Below, piece by piece: positions 9,753-19,389 of a stretch of DNA of 24,000 bases. The DNA is taken from the NCBI GenBank assembly GCA_026389925.1, contig JAPLGX010000172.1, positions 1-24,000 on the forward strand, in the 5' to 3' direction. The stretch is from Chloroflexota bacterium (GTDB lineage: Bacteria > Chloroflexota > Anaerolineae > Anaerolineales > RBG-16-64-43). The stretch's first letter is position 1; every line of letters starts with the position of its first letter. The notes beneath the pieces are model-generated. The model ran no database searches. It was not told the origin of the DNA and worked only from the letters and a program-made list of their open reading frames with translations. The translations under genes were made by a program, and so were the position numbers.

Positions 9753-10298
9753 GTGGCCGCCTCCACCACCGCCTCCACATCCTGCGCCTATCACCCCGGG
9801 CGGCCCGCGACCCTGCGCTGCAACCGCTGCGATAAGCCGATCTGCGCCAAGTGCGCGGTGCTCACGCCGGTGGGCTATCGCTGCAAAGAGTGCGTGCGCG
9901 GGCAACAGAGAATCTTTGAGACCGCCCAGTGGTACGACTTCGCCATTGCCTTCGTGGTTTCGGCGGTGGCCGCTGGCCTGGGGTCGCTGGTTGTCTCGTT
10001 TGTGGGTTGGTTCATCTTTTTGGTTGCCCCCTCGATCGGAGTCGGCACGGCGGAAATCGTGCGGCGTGCGGTTCGCCGGCGGCGCAGCCGCTACCTGCCG
10101 CTGCTGGCCGGCATCGGAGCCGCCGTGGGAATCACACCGCAAGTGCTCGGGCCGCTGGTGCTCGTCGGCTTTGGCTTGCTCAGCGGCGGTGCGCTTCAGG
10201 CGCTGACCGGCGGGTTGGTGGCCATCATCTACCCCGCAGCCTATGCCTTCCTGATGATCGGCGCGCTCGTGGCCAGCCTGCGCGGCATCCGCTTGTAG
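9753..10298 (+). CDS. Hypothetical membrane protein with an N-terminal double CxxC zinc ribbon (B-box-like)
   Basis: GTG start 10 nt after the nadK stop. CAYHPGRPATLRCNRCDKPICAKCAV..YRCKEC is followed by about 4 TM helices. No rhomboid or other catalytic motif seen. Confidence 0.6.
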   Translation: MAASTTASTSCAYHPGRPATLRCNRCDKPICAKCAVLTPVGYRCKECVRGQQRIFETAQWYDFAIAFVVSAVAAGLGSLVVSFVGWFIFLVAPSIGVGTAEIVRRAVRRRRSRYLPLLAGIGAAVGITPQVLGPLVLVGFGLLSGGALQALTGGLVAIIYPAAYAFLMIGALVASLRGIRL

Positions 10299-10484
10299 TT
10301 GTCCTTTTGGCCTCCACTCTGACCACATAGCGAACACGGCCGGCAGAGATTCGATGGGGCGGCCTTCGTGCAGCGGTCTCGGCTTCGGCGGCGTTCTCCC
10401 TGGCCTGGCCCGCCAGCCCTGGAGCGGTAGGCCAGGGGACAGGCGGCGGCGAACAGGGTGCCCCGAGTCGCGTGAGAAGACAAC

Positions 10485-12221
10485 GTGCTCAGCGAACTGT
10501 GGATCCACAACTTCGCGATCATCGATGAGCTGCACCTCGCGCTCAGGCCCGGGCTGGTCGTCTTGACGGGCGAGACCGGTGCGGGCAAGTCGATCATTGT
10601 CGATGCCATCGAGCTTCTTCTGGGCGGGCGCGCGGAGAGCGCGGTCATCCGCACCTGCGCGGAGGTGGCGACGGTGGAAGGCGCCTTCCAATTGCCGTCC
10701 GAACTGCGCGGCGAGGTGCGGTCCATCCTCGAGCCGGAAGGTTTGTGGGAAGAAGACGGCACGCTCACCTTGGGGCGCGAGGTGCGCCGCGAGGGGCGCA
10801 ACATCGCGCGTGTGAATGGGCGCGTGGTTAACCTCAGCGTGCTGCGCGAGGTCGGCCAATACCTGGTGGACGTGCACGGCCAATCGGAACATCTTTCGCT
10901 CCTGCGCGTGCGCGAGCATCTGGGTCTCCTGGATCGCTTTGCGGGAGTCGAGGCCGAGCGCGAGGTGTTGGCGGCGGAAGTGCAGGCCCTGCGCGCGGTG
11001 CGCGAGGAATTGCAGCGGCTGCGCGACGGCGAACGCGATGCAGCTCGGCGCGCCGACATGCTGACCTTTCAGATCAACGAGATCGGCGCGGCCAAGCTCA
11101 AACCGGGCGAGGATGAGGCGCTGCTCGAGGAGCGCACGCGGCTGGCCAACGCCGAACAGCTGGCGGCGCTGGCCGATGCGGCCATCCTGGCATTGGATGA
11201 GGGCAGCCAAGAGCGGGCGGCCGCCACGGATCTCGTCGGCGAAGCGGAGCGCGCCCTGAGCGCGCTCGCGCGCATCGACGCGACACGCAACACGGCGCGC
11301 GACTCGCTGCAAGGCGCGGCGGAGCAGCTGGCCGAATTGGCACGCGAGCTGCGTGCTTACCGCGAATCGATCGAGTTCAACCCGCGGCGTCTGGAGCAGG
11401 TGGAGGAACGCCTCGAGCTCATTGCCAACCTCAAGCGCAAGTACGGCGAGTCGATTGCGGCGATCGGCGAGTATGCGCTCACGGCGCAGCGCGAGATGGA
11501 CGGCATCACCCATGCCGATGAACGCATGACCGAACTCGCGGCGCAGGAAGAACAGAGGCTGCGCACCGTGGGCACGCTGGGGGCCGCGCTCTCCGAGAAG
11601 CGGCGGGCTGCAGGGGCCGAGCTCGGGCGAGGCATCGAGGCCGAGCTGGGAGATCTGCGCATGGCTGGCGCTCGCTTTGCGGTCGATATCCAGTGGAAGG
11701 ACGATCCGCTGGGTGCCTATGCCGGCGAGCGGCGCGTGGCCTACGAGGCCGCCGGCCTCGACCGGGTGGAATTCCTCGTCGCGCCCAACCCCGGCGAAGG
11801 GCTCAAGCCGCTGGTCAAAGTTGCCTCCGGCGGCGAAACTTCGCGCCTGATGCTGGCTCTGAAGAGCGTGCTGGCGGGCGCCGATCGTACACCGACGCTC
11901 ATCTTCGATGAAATCGACCAGGGCATCGGCGGGCGCGTGGGCGCCGTAGTCGGGCGCAAGTTGTGGAACCTCACCCCGCCCCATCAAGTGCTGTGCGTCA
12001 CCCACTTGCCGCAATTGGCCGGCTTTGGCGATCAGCATCTGCGGGTCGAGAAGCGCCGCCAGGGCGAGCGAATGGTGACCGAGGTGCGCTCGCTTTCTCC
12101 CAAGGAGCGTGTGGCCGAGCTGGCCGCCATGCTGGGCACACTCAGCGAGCGCACAAAAGAGTCGGCCGAGGAGATCCTGGAGTTGGTGGCCAAGGAGAAA
12201 ACCACGCGCGCACCGTCGTAG
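10485..12221 (+). CDS. recN: DNA repair protein RecN
   Basis: GTG start. 578 aa. N-terminus MLSELWIHNFAIIDEL, Walker A GETGAGKS, long coiled-coil middle, signature ASGGETSRLMLALK, Walker B TLIFDEIDQGIGG. Confidence 0.95.
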   Translation: MLSELWIHNFAIIDELHLALRPGLVVLTGETGAGKSIIVDAIELLLGGRAESAVIRTCAEVATVEGAFQLPSELRGEVRSILEPEGLWEEDGTLTLGREVRREGRNIARVNGRVVNLSVLREVGQYLVDVHGQSEHLSLLRVREHLGLLDRFAGVEAEREVLAAEVQALRAVREELQRLRDGERDAARRADMLTFQINEIGAAKLKPGEDEALLEERTRLANAEQLAALADAAILALDEGSQERAAATDLVGEAERALSALARIDATRNTARDSLQGAAEQLAELARELRAYRESIEFNPRRLEQVEERLELIANLKRKYGESIAAIGEYALTAQREMDGITHADERMTELAAQEEQRLRTVGTLGAALSEKRRAAGAELGRGIEAELGDLRMAGARFAVDIQWKDDPLGAYAGERRVAYEAAGLDRVEFLVAPNPGEGLKPLVKVASGGETSRLMLALKSVLAGADRTPTLIFDEIDQGIGGRVGAVVGRKLWNLTPPHQVLCVTHLPQLAGFGDQHLRVEKRRQGERMVTEVRSLSPKERVAELAAMLGTLSERTKESAEEILELVAKEKTTRAPS

Positions 12222-12246
12222 TGGCTTTGGGAGTGCGTTGTGACTC

Positions 12247-12281
12247 GCGCGCCGTCATGCTCGACGGCGCGTTTGCTTGTT
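12247..12281 (+). terminator. Rho-independent terminator after recN
   Basis: Stem GCGCGCCGTC(12247-12256)/GACGGCGCGT(12263-12272): 9 bp plus a G-U pair, 6-nt loop, then TTTGCTTGTT. Confidence 0.75.
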
Positions 12282-12319
12282 GAATGAGATAAGCGCGACA
12301 CAAAAACGACCAAGCTGCG

Positions 12320-12336
12320 TGCTATAATCCGGATTA
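12320..12336 (+). promoter_or_regulatory. Extended -10 promoter candidate for icd, overlapped by a 12-bp perfect palindrome
   Basis: TGcTATAAT (12320-12328), 48 nt upstream of ATG 12376. TAATCCGGATTA (12325-12336) is a perfect palindrome overlapping the -10. Confidence 0.45.
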
Positions 12337-12375
12337 CTGAGTTGTAAGCCCCACATCACCTTGGAGAGCTTGCGC

Positions 12376-13791
<1,416 letters not shown>

Positions 13792-13806
13792 GCGGGAGAA
13801 ACGAAC

Positions 13807-13840
13807 ACGGGGCCTCGCTGCAAGGCCCCGTTTGATTCTG
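13807..13840. terminator. Bidirectional rho-independent terminator between the convergent icd and the decayed Rossmann-fold gene
   Basis: Stem ACGGGGCCT(13807-13815)/AGGCCCCGT(13823-13831), 7-nt loop. TTTGATTCTG follows on +, and GTTCGTTTCTCCC follows on -. Confidence 0.8.
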
Positions 13841-13849
13841 TCGCCCTGT

Positions 13850-15547
13850 TCAGCGTTTGCCGCGCCGGCCGCGTTCCTCGTTGTTGAATACCCAGCCGGC
13901 AATCTCGCCGACCTCGAACCGGTCATCGTCGCTCCAGCGCCGGGTGCCGGGGTAGGCCCGATCGAGGCGCGACCAACTCTCGCCGGCGTTCTGGGCTTGC
14001 ACCTCGCGCCGCAAAGCGGCCAGGCGATTCTGCTAGCGCAAGACATTGGCCGGTGTCAGGTCCACCCATCCCTCTTCGGCGCGATCGGCCTTGAGCAGCG
14101 GCCCGCGCAGGAGCCGCTCTGGGTCGGGCATCAGCACCCCCAGCCCGATCGAGACAATCTGTTGGCGCACCGTGACGTTATCGTGAGCCTCTCGTTCGAG
14201 TGCCATCGCCACGCCGGCGGGGTCCCGGCTCAGAAAATCAGAAATCGACCGCGTCGTGCGCTTGAGCAGATGCGCCTCAAAAAGCAACTTCGAAAGACGC
14301 GCCGGGCCGAGCAGTTCGAACGCGACCGACTCGACCTTGTGCTCCTGTTCGAGCTGGCGCAGGCGGTTGAGCGCGGCCTCGCGCAGAAAGCCGGCGCGGT
14401 AGGTCGGCCCAGACGAGGCGCTATCCAGCACCCCAATCACATCATGGCCGGTGTTGCCGCCGAGGATCTCGCGGATGACGTGCGCGCTAATTCCCACGGC
14501 GTGATGAATTCCATCTGGCCAAGGGTGGTCAGGGTCTCGAACTCGGCTGTCGAGAACAGGCCGTTCTCGCCGGTGTCGATGTAGACCGACTCGAGCACCT
14601 GACCGGTGGCGCGGCCAAAATCACCTTGCGGCGCGAGCGAGGCGGGCGTTTCGGCCGACACGGCAGCTTCGGGCGGGCAGTCGGAGAGCGCCATCGGCTG
14701 GCCGCCGCGCCGGATCGGTCCGTAGGCAATTTCCTTCCAGGCGATGGCGGCCGTCGGTTTGATTTCCTTGATGATGACCGGGGCCTTTGGCGTGCGCGCG
14801 AGGAGATAGAGCAGAAGCGTCTGCGCACCGGCTAGGGCCGATTTCGACAGCAGCACGCGCGAGGGGCGTTCCTCGCCATGCGTGTGGGGAATGTTGAACC
14901 CCATGCCGCCCGTGCCGCTTGTGCCGACCTTGATCAGGGCCTGCGTGCCGGCGCGCCGCATGGCCTCATAATAGATCCGTGCGTGACGCACGAGCTGGGG
15001 GATGTACAGCGCGGCCAGAAGATTCTCCACGCGCGCACCGAGCTCACCCGATGCGAGCTCCCCTCCCAGCGCGCCGCGTAGCTGCTGCGCCTGACGATAG
15101 ATGTTCTGGTAGGCCACGCCGGTGGCGGTGTTCATGCAGTCCACGATGAGGTGAGCGGGAGCTTTGTCGAGGCCCGGGAACTGGCCGAGCATGAGGCGCG
15201 TGAGGAGTGAGGCTGCAATGATCTCCTCGGACAGCTCGTCCAGGATGTCGGCGATCAGACGCTGGCGCGCGGCCGCGTCGGCCAGCACCGCCTCCCGCGG
15301 ATGCGGCCCATCGTTCTGTGATTGCCAGTCGGCGCGCAAGAAGACATCGCCCCAGGCCGGCACGATGCGCGTGCCGGACTTCGGTAACTCCGCCCGCAGA
15401 CGCTCAACGGCGGAGTCGGCTTGACGGCGCCGCAGCGAGGCGACGACCAGGCGCGCCGGCTCGTGCGCCAGCGCGGCGCGGCAGACCGCCGTGCCGACCA
15501 AACCCATAGCCGCCCAAGACGAGTAGGTTGCGTCTGCGGATGTCCAT
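13850..15547 (-). pseudogene. Disrupted gene for an uncharacterised ~565-aa protein with an N-terminal Rossmann (GxGxxG) fold: two frameshifts plus an in-frame TAG
   Basis: AGGAGG-cgcc-ATG(15547) encodes MDIRRRNLLVLGGYG. The protein-like frame switches at GGGTTT (15500-15505) into track ORF 14437..15798, switches back at CCGTGGG (14494-14500) into track ORF 14033..14497, and then reads through TAG 14033-14035 for 60 more GC3-rich codons to TGA 13850. See findings. Confidence 0.6.
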
Positions 15548-15593
15548 GGCGCCTCCTGCAACGCGAGGTGTGGATGAAGTGAGGCGGCGTCAC

Positions 15594-16244
15594 TCACCGG
15601 TGCGTATGAGGCTTGTGCGCCATGCGGGCGAAAGCGCCTTGGGGCCGGCAAGCTCCCCCGGCCTCCACGCGGCCCTCCACGCGCGCTTGCATGACTTCGC
15701 GTGCGCGGGCAATGCTCCAGGCCAGGTGCGGGTGCGCTTCGCGTTCGATCGGTTGGCCCGTCTCGATTATTCCCGATTGCAGCACGCGCAGGTACCACCC
15801 GCTGCGGCCGGTGCGGCGAACGCGCTCAGGTAAGTCCGGCCGCTGCCAGCGGCGGGCGAGGTTGGCGCAGGGCTGACGCGGTTACGAGACCTCGACCCGC
15901 ACCGAACCCATACGGTAGATATCGCCAACGCAGACCGGTGTCTCATCGAGGCCCGTGACAGTGAGGTTCTCGCCAAATGCGCCGAATGGGAACTGCGGCA
16001 GGCCGGGGTCCTGGCGCCAGCGGGCGCAGTTCTCTGCCGAGTAAGCGAGCAGCGCGTGATGCGGCCCGCCGTGATGCCGGCGATTCACCTGGGTCTTGCC
16101 GACCAGCCCGAGGGGGCCGAGGCGAATCGGGCCAGAGACCGGAGTCTTGAGGATGGCGCTGCCCCACGTCCGGTTGAGGCCGGTTGTTGCTTCGACTGGT
16201 GCGTAGTCGCGCGCTGCCCCGACCTTTCATGAAACCAGGACCAT
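15594..16244 (-). pseudogene. YiiM-type MOSC-domain protein gene with two in-frame stop codons
   Basis: A single frame from ATG 16244 to TGA 15594 is colinear with MOSC/YiiM proteins (..HGGPHHALLAY.., FGAFGENLTVTGLDE, VCVGDIYRMGSVRVEVS*PRQPC, GRSGWYLRVLQSG). It contains TGA at codon 6 (16227-16229) and TAA (15882-15884) at the Gln of the SQPRxPC motif. Confidence 0.75.
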
Positions 16245-16379
16245 GTCCAGGAGTTTCTCTGGCAGGGGCCCGGCCGAGGCACACGAGGCCCGCCCGGCTC
16301 GCCGCGCCTACTGCCCGGAATTCAGGACCTTGCGGTGCGCGGATTCTGCCAATCGTGCCGGCGCGGAGCTTGGCGCGTG

Positions 16380-17825
16380 CTAACCCGAACGGCGGGCGAG
16401 AAAATCGATGAGGTCGATCTTGGTCAGAATGCCCACTGGGCGGCCCTGGTCAGTCACCGCCACCACTCGGCCGCGCTCAAAAGCAGCCAGTGCACGCTCG
16501 GCCTTTTCGCCCAGCTCGACTGACAGCACGGTCGGGTTGATGATCGAGGCAATCGTTTCCTCCGGGTCGTGAACGTGTTGCGCGTGCAGGAGATGATCGA
16601 GCAGGTCCGCCTCGGTGACAATGCCAATCAGCCCGCCCTGGGCATCCACCACTGGGATCTGCGAGATGTCGTAGGTCCTCATCAACTCGACCACGTGGGT
16701 CATGCGCTCGGCTGGCGTGGCGGTGATCAGGCTGGGGATCTTGCGGCTCTGCATCACTTCGGCCACGGTGACCTCGGCCCGCTCATCGACCAGAAATCCG
16801 TTTTCGCGCATCCAGGAGTCGTCGAAGATCTTGCTTAGATAGCGATTGCCGGAATCCGGAAGCAAGACGACCGCCAGCTCGCCTGGGGCGAGGCCCGCCA
16901 CGAGTTTCGATTTCAGCGCGCCCGCCACCGCCGAGCCGGACGAGCCGCCGCAGAACAAGCCCTCCTCGCGCACCAGGCGGCGTGTCATCCAGAAGGATTC
17001 GCGGTCGTCGACCTGCACGACCTCATCCACCAATTTCAGGTCGAGCGTGGAAGGAACGAAGTCTTCGCCGATGCCTTCTATCTTGTAGGTCTTGAGGTAA
17101 GGGTCATCCGGCACACGCCCGAGCCTCCACGTGTCGTAGAGAAGCGAGCCGAGGATATCGACGCCGACCAGTTTGATTTCCGGGTTCTGCTCTTTGAGAT
17201 AGCGCCCCGCGCCGGTGAGCGTGCCGCCTGTGCCCATACCGCATACCAGAACGCGGATTTGGCCGGCCGTTTGTTGCCATAGTTCGGGGCCGGTGGTCTG
17301 GTAGTGGGCCTCGGGGTTGGCCGGATTGTGATACTGGTTGGCCAACAGGCTGTTGGGGGTTTCGGCCACGATGCGTTCCGCCACGCGGTAGTAACTGCGC
17401 GGGTCCTGCGGCGGGACGGCGGTGGGTGTGATGACCACGCGCGCGCCGAAGGCGCGCAGGAAGCGCACCTTCTCCTCGCTCATCTTGTCGGGCATGACGA
17501 AAATGCAGCGGTAGCCCTTGACCGCGGCGGCCAGGGCCAGGCCGGCGCCTGTGTTGCCGGAGGTGGCCTCGACAATCGTGCCGCCCGGGCGGAGGCGTCC
17601 CTCCCGCTCGGCCTGCTCAATGATGCTGATCCCGATGCGGTCCTTTACCGACCCGGCCGGGTTGAAGAATTCGACCTTGGCCAGGAGGCTGCCGGCGGTG
17701 TAGCCCGCCCCCAAATGGTTGAGCCGCACCAGCGGCGTGTGACCGATGGCCTCCAAGATCGTGGCGTGGCAGGCCGGCTGATCTTTCGCGGCAGGTTTGG
17801 CTCTGGATGTGGGCGTGTCCTTCAT
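16380..17825 (-). CDS. Cystathionine beta-synthase (PLP fold-type II domain plus C-terminal tandem CBS domains)
   Basis: ATG 17825 after AGAGGA (the track starts at GTG 17849). Motifs GHTPLVRL, FNPAGSVKDR (PLP Lys), TSGNTGAGLA, GTGGTLTG. The C-terminal ~130 aa form a CBS pair (..MRTYDISQIPVVD.. and ..RVVAVTDQGRPVGILTKIDLI..). Confidence 0.88.
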   Translation of the reverse strand: MKDTPTSRAKPAAKDQPACHATILEAIGHTPLVRLNHLGAGYTAGSLLAKVEFFNPAGSVKDRIGISIIEQAEREGRLRPGGTIVEATSGNTGAGLALAAAVKGYRCIFVMPDKMSEEKVRFLRAFGARVVITPTAVPPQDPRSYYRVAERIVAETPNSLLANQYHNPANPEAHYQTTGPELWQQTAGQIRVLVCGMGTGGTLTGAGRYLKEQNPEIKLVGVDILGSLLYDTWRLGRVPDDPYLKTYKIEGIGEDFVPSTLDLKLVDEVVQVDDRESFWMTRRLVREEGLFCGGSSGSAVAGALKSKLVAGLAPGELAVVLLPDSGNRYLSKIFDDSWMRENGFLVDERAEVTVAEVMQSRKIPSLITATPAERMTHVVELMRTYDISQIPVVDAQGGLIGIVTEADLLDHLLHAQHVHDPEETIASIINPTVLSVELGEKAERALAAFERGRVVAVTDQGRPVGILTKIDLIDFLARRSG

Positions 17826-18121
17826 CAGTGTTTCCTCTGGCTTGTGCACTCGTCACTCTCGCGGGCCGAGTGAGGCAGGGTGTGGCCGATTGAAATGTCG
17901 CAACGGCCGCGGCCGCTCATGTGCGCGCCGGGCCGGTCGAGGCGCGGGGTGCGGAAGGGCCGCGCCGGTGCTGGTTGTGCCCGGGTTGCGATCATGGAAT
18001 GTGCGAGGAAAGGGACCCGAGCCGAGAGAATCACCAGACGGCAGCTAGCACTGCCGCCTGGTACAAGAGCAGGGAGTGGCAAGGATCATCAATGGGCGCG
18101 GTGGGTTCTGCATCGGGCGTG

Positions 18122-18136
18122 TGATATATTCTAACA
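18122..18136. promoter_or_regulatory. Overlapping face-to-face extended -10 elements for the divergent CBS(-) and gamma-lyase(+) genes
   Basis: + strand TGaTATATT (18122-18130). - strand TGtTAGAAT (18136..18128). Both lie in the AT-rich loop of the inverted repeat GGCGTGT(18116-18122)/ACACGCC(18134-18140), the only AT-rich patch in the 413-bp intergenic region. Confidence 0.35.
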
Positions 18137-18238
18137 CGCCCTATCCGATTATCAGCCCAATACACGTGCGAGCGGCTGCGGGGGATCGGATGCTGGGGCT
18201 GTTCGGTCACACTCTTGCGATACCAAGGATGGATGCGG

Positions 18239-19378
18239 ATGAAATTCGAGACGCAGGCCATACACGCCGGGCAAGATCCAGATCCCGCGACGGGCGCGGT
18301 GATGACGCCGATCTACCAGACTTCGACCTTCGCCCAACAAGGGGTCGGCCGTCATCGCGGTTACGAGTATGCGCGCACCGGCAACCCCACTCGCACCGCG
18401 CTCGAAGCCTGTTTGGCGGCGCTGGAGGGCGGGGCCCACGGGCTGGCCTTTGCCTCGGGTATGGCCGCCACCGACACGGTGTTGCGCCTGCTCGCGCCGG
18501 GTGACCACGTCGTGGCCGGACGCGACGTGTACGGCGGCACGTACCGCCTATTCGAACGCGTGCTCAAAGGGTATGGCCTCGAGTTCTCGTATGCAGACAC
18601 GGCCCAACTGGGTGATGTCGAATCCGCGCTGAGGCCGAACACGCGGCTGGTGTGGCTGGAGACACCCTCCAATCCGCTCCTGCGCATCAGTGACCTGCGG
18701 GCGGTGACCAATCTCGTGCATCGCGCACGTCCAGGCGCCTGGCTGGCGGTCGACAACACCTTCGCCACGCCATACTTGCAGCGGCCGCTCGAGCTGGGCG
18801 CGGACCTGGTGATCCACTCGACGACCAAGTATCTGGGCGGCCACTCGGACGTGGTCGGAGGCGCGGCCGTGGTGCGCTCGAGTGAGCTGCACGAGCGGCT
18901 GGCCTTCTTGCAGAACGCGGTGGGTGCGGTGCCCGGCCCGCTGGATTGCTTCCTTGTGCTGCGCGGCATCAAGACACTCGCGGTGCGCATGGACCGCCAC
19001 GCGCAGAACGCGGCGGCTGTGGCCGAGTATCTGGCCGTCCAGTCACAAGTCGAGCGCGTGATCTACCCATTTCATGCATCGCATCCTCAGCACGACCTGG
19101 CGCGGCGGCAGATGCGCAACGGCGGCGGGATGGTGTCGTTCACCCTGCGCGGAGGAGCGGCGGCTGCGGTGCGCGTGGTGGAGCGCACACGTATCTTCAC
19201 CCTGGCCGAGTCGCTGGGCGGTGTCGAATCGCTGATCGAGATTCCGGCGGCCATGACGCACGCCTCGACCGCCGGCTCACCGATCGAGGTTGAACCGGGG
19301 CTCATTCGCCTGTCGGTCGGCCTGGAGAACGTCGAGGACCTGATCGCGGATTTGCAGCAGGCGCTGCAGGCAGGGTGA
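18239..19378 (+). CDS. Cys/Met-metabolism PLP enzyme, cystathionine gamma-lyase/gamma-synthase family (gamma-lyase favoured by pairing with CBS)
   Basis: [12 protein letters not shown].., [12 protein letters not shown]-Lys block [31 protein letters not shown]. The start could instead be ATG 18233 (the track starts at TTG 18215). Confidence 0.88.
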   Translation: MKFETQAIHAGQDPDPATGAVMTPIYQTSTFAQQGVGRHRGYEYARTGNPTRTALEACLAALEGGAHGLAFASGMAATDTVLRLLAPGDHVVAGRDVYGGTYRLFERVLKGYGLEFSYADTAQLGDVESALRPNTRLVWLETPSNPLLRISDLRAVTNLVHRARPGAWLAVDNTFATPYLQRPLELGADLVIHSTTKYLGGHSDVVGGAAVVRSSELHERLAFLQNAVGAVPGPLDCFLVLRGIKTLAVRMDRHAQNAAAVAEYLAVQSQVERVIYPFHASHPQHDLARRQMRNGGGMVSFTLRGGAAAAVRVVERTRIFTLAESLGGVESLIEIPAAMTHASTAGSPIEVEPGLIRLSVGLENVEDLIADLQQALQAG

Positions 19379-19389
19379 GCAAGAGGCCC

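Noticed and set aside
10299-10484. SOS (LexA) box upstream of recN
   Set aside because: A CGAAC half-site occurs at 10331-10335, but there is no GTTC/GTTYC partner at the required spacing. There is no palindromic Cheo-type box anywhere in the gap.
9564-12038. 824-aa ORF on the minus strand, the longest ORF in the track
   Set aside because: It lies antisense to recN, whose Walker A/B and signature motifs are unambiguous. Its translation is an R/A/G/P-rich low-complexity string with no motifs. This is a typical shadow ORF of high-GC DNA.
13850-16244. In-frame TGA/TAA/TAG as programmed recoding (selenocysteine, pyrrolysine or an altered genetic code), or programmed frameshifting
   Set aside because: All three stop codons terminate ordinary genes elsewhere in the window. 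The TGA is at codon 6 of the MOSC gene, away from any redox Cys. I see no SECIS-like hairpin after it, and no slippery heptamer at the frameshift sites. Pseudogenisation or sequence error is simpler.
17826-18115. Possible SAM-I, SAM-IV or SAH riboswitch in the CBS leader
   Set aside because: Only fragmentary resemblances were found (CGCAACCCGGG, GAGCGGCC..UUGCGAC, CAACGGCC..GCTCA), and they occur in the wrong order or spacing relative to the consensus cores as I remember them. The region is kept as an unassigned structured leader in the findings rather than a named riboswitch.
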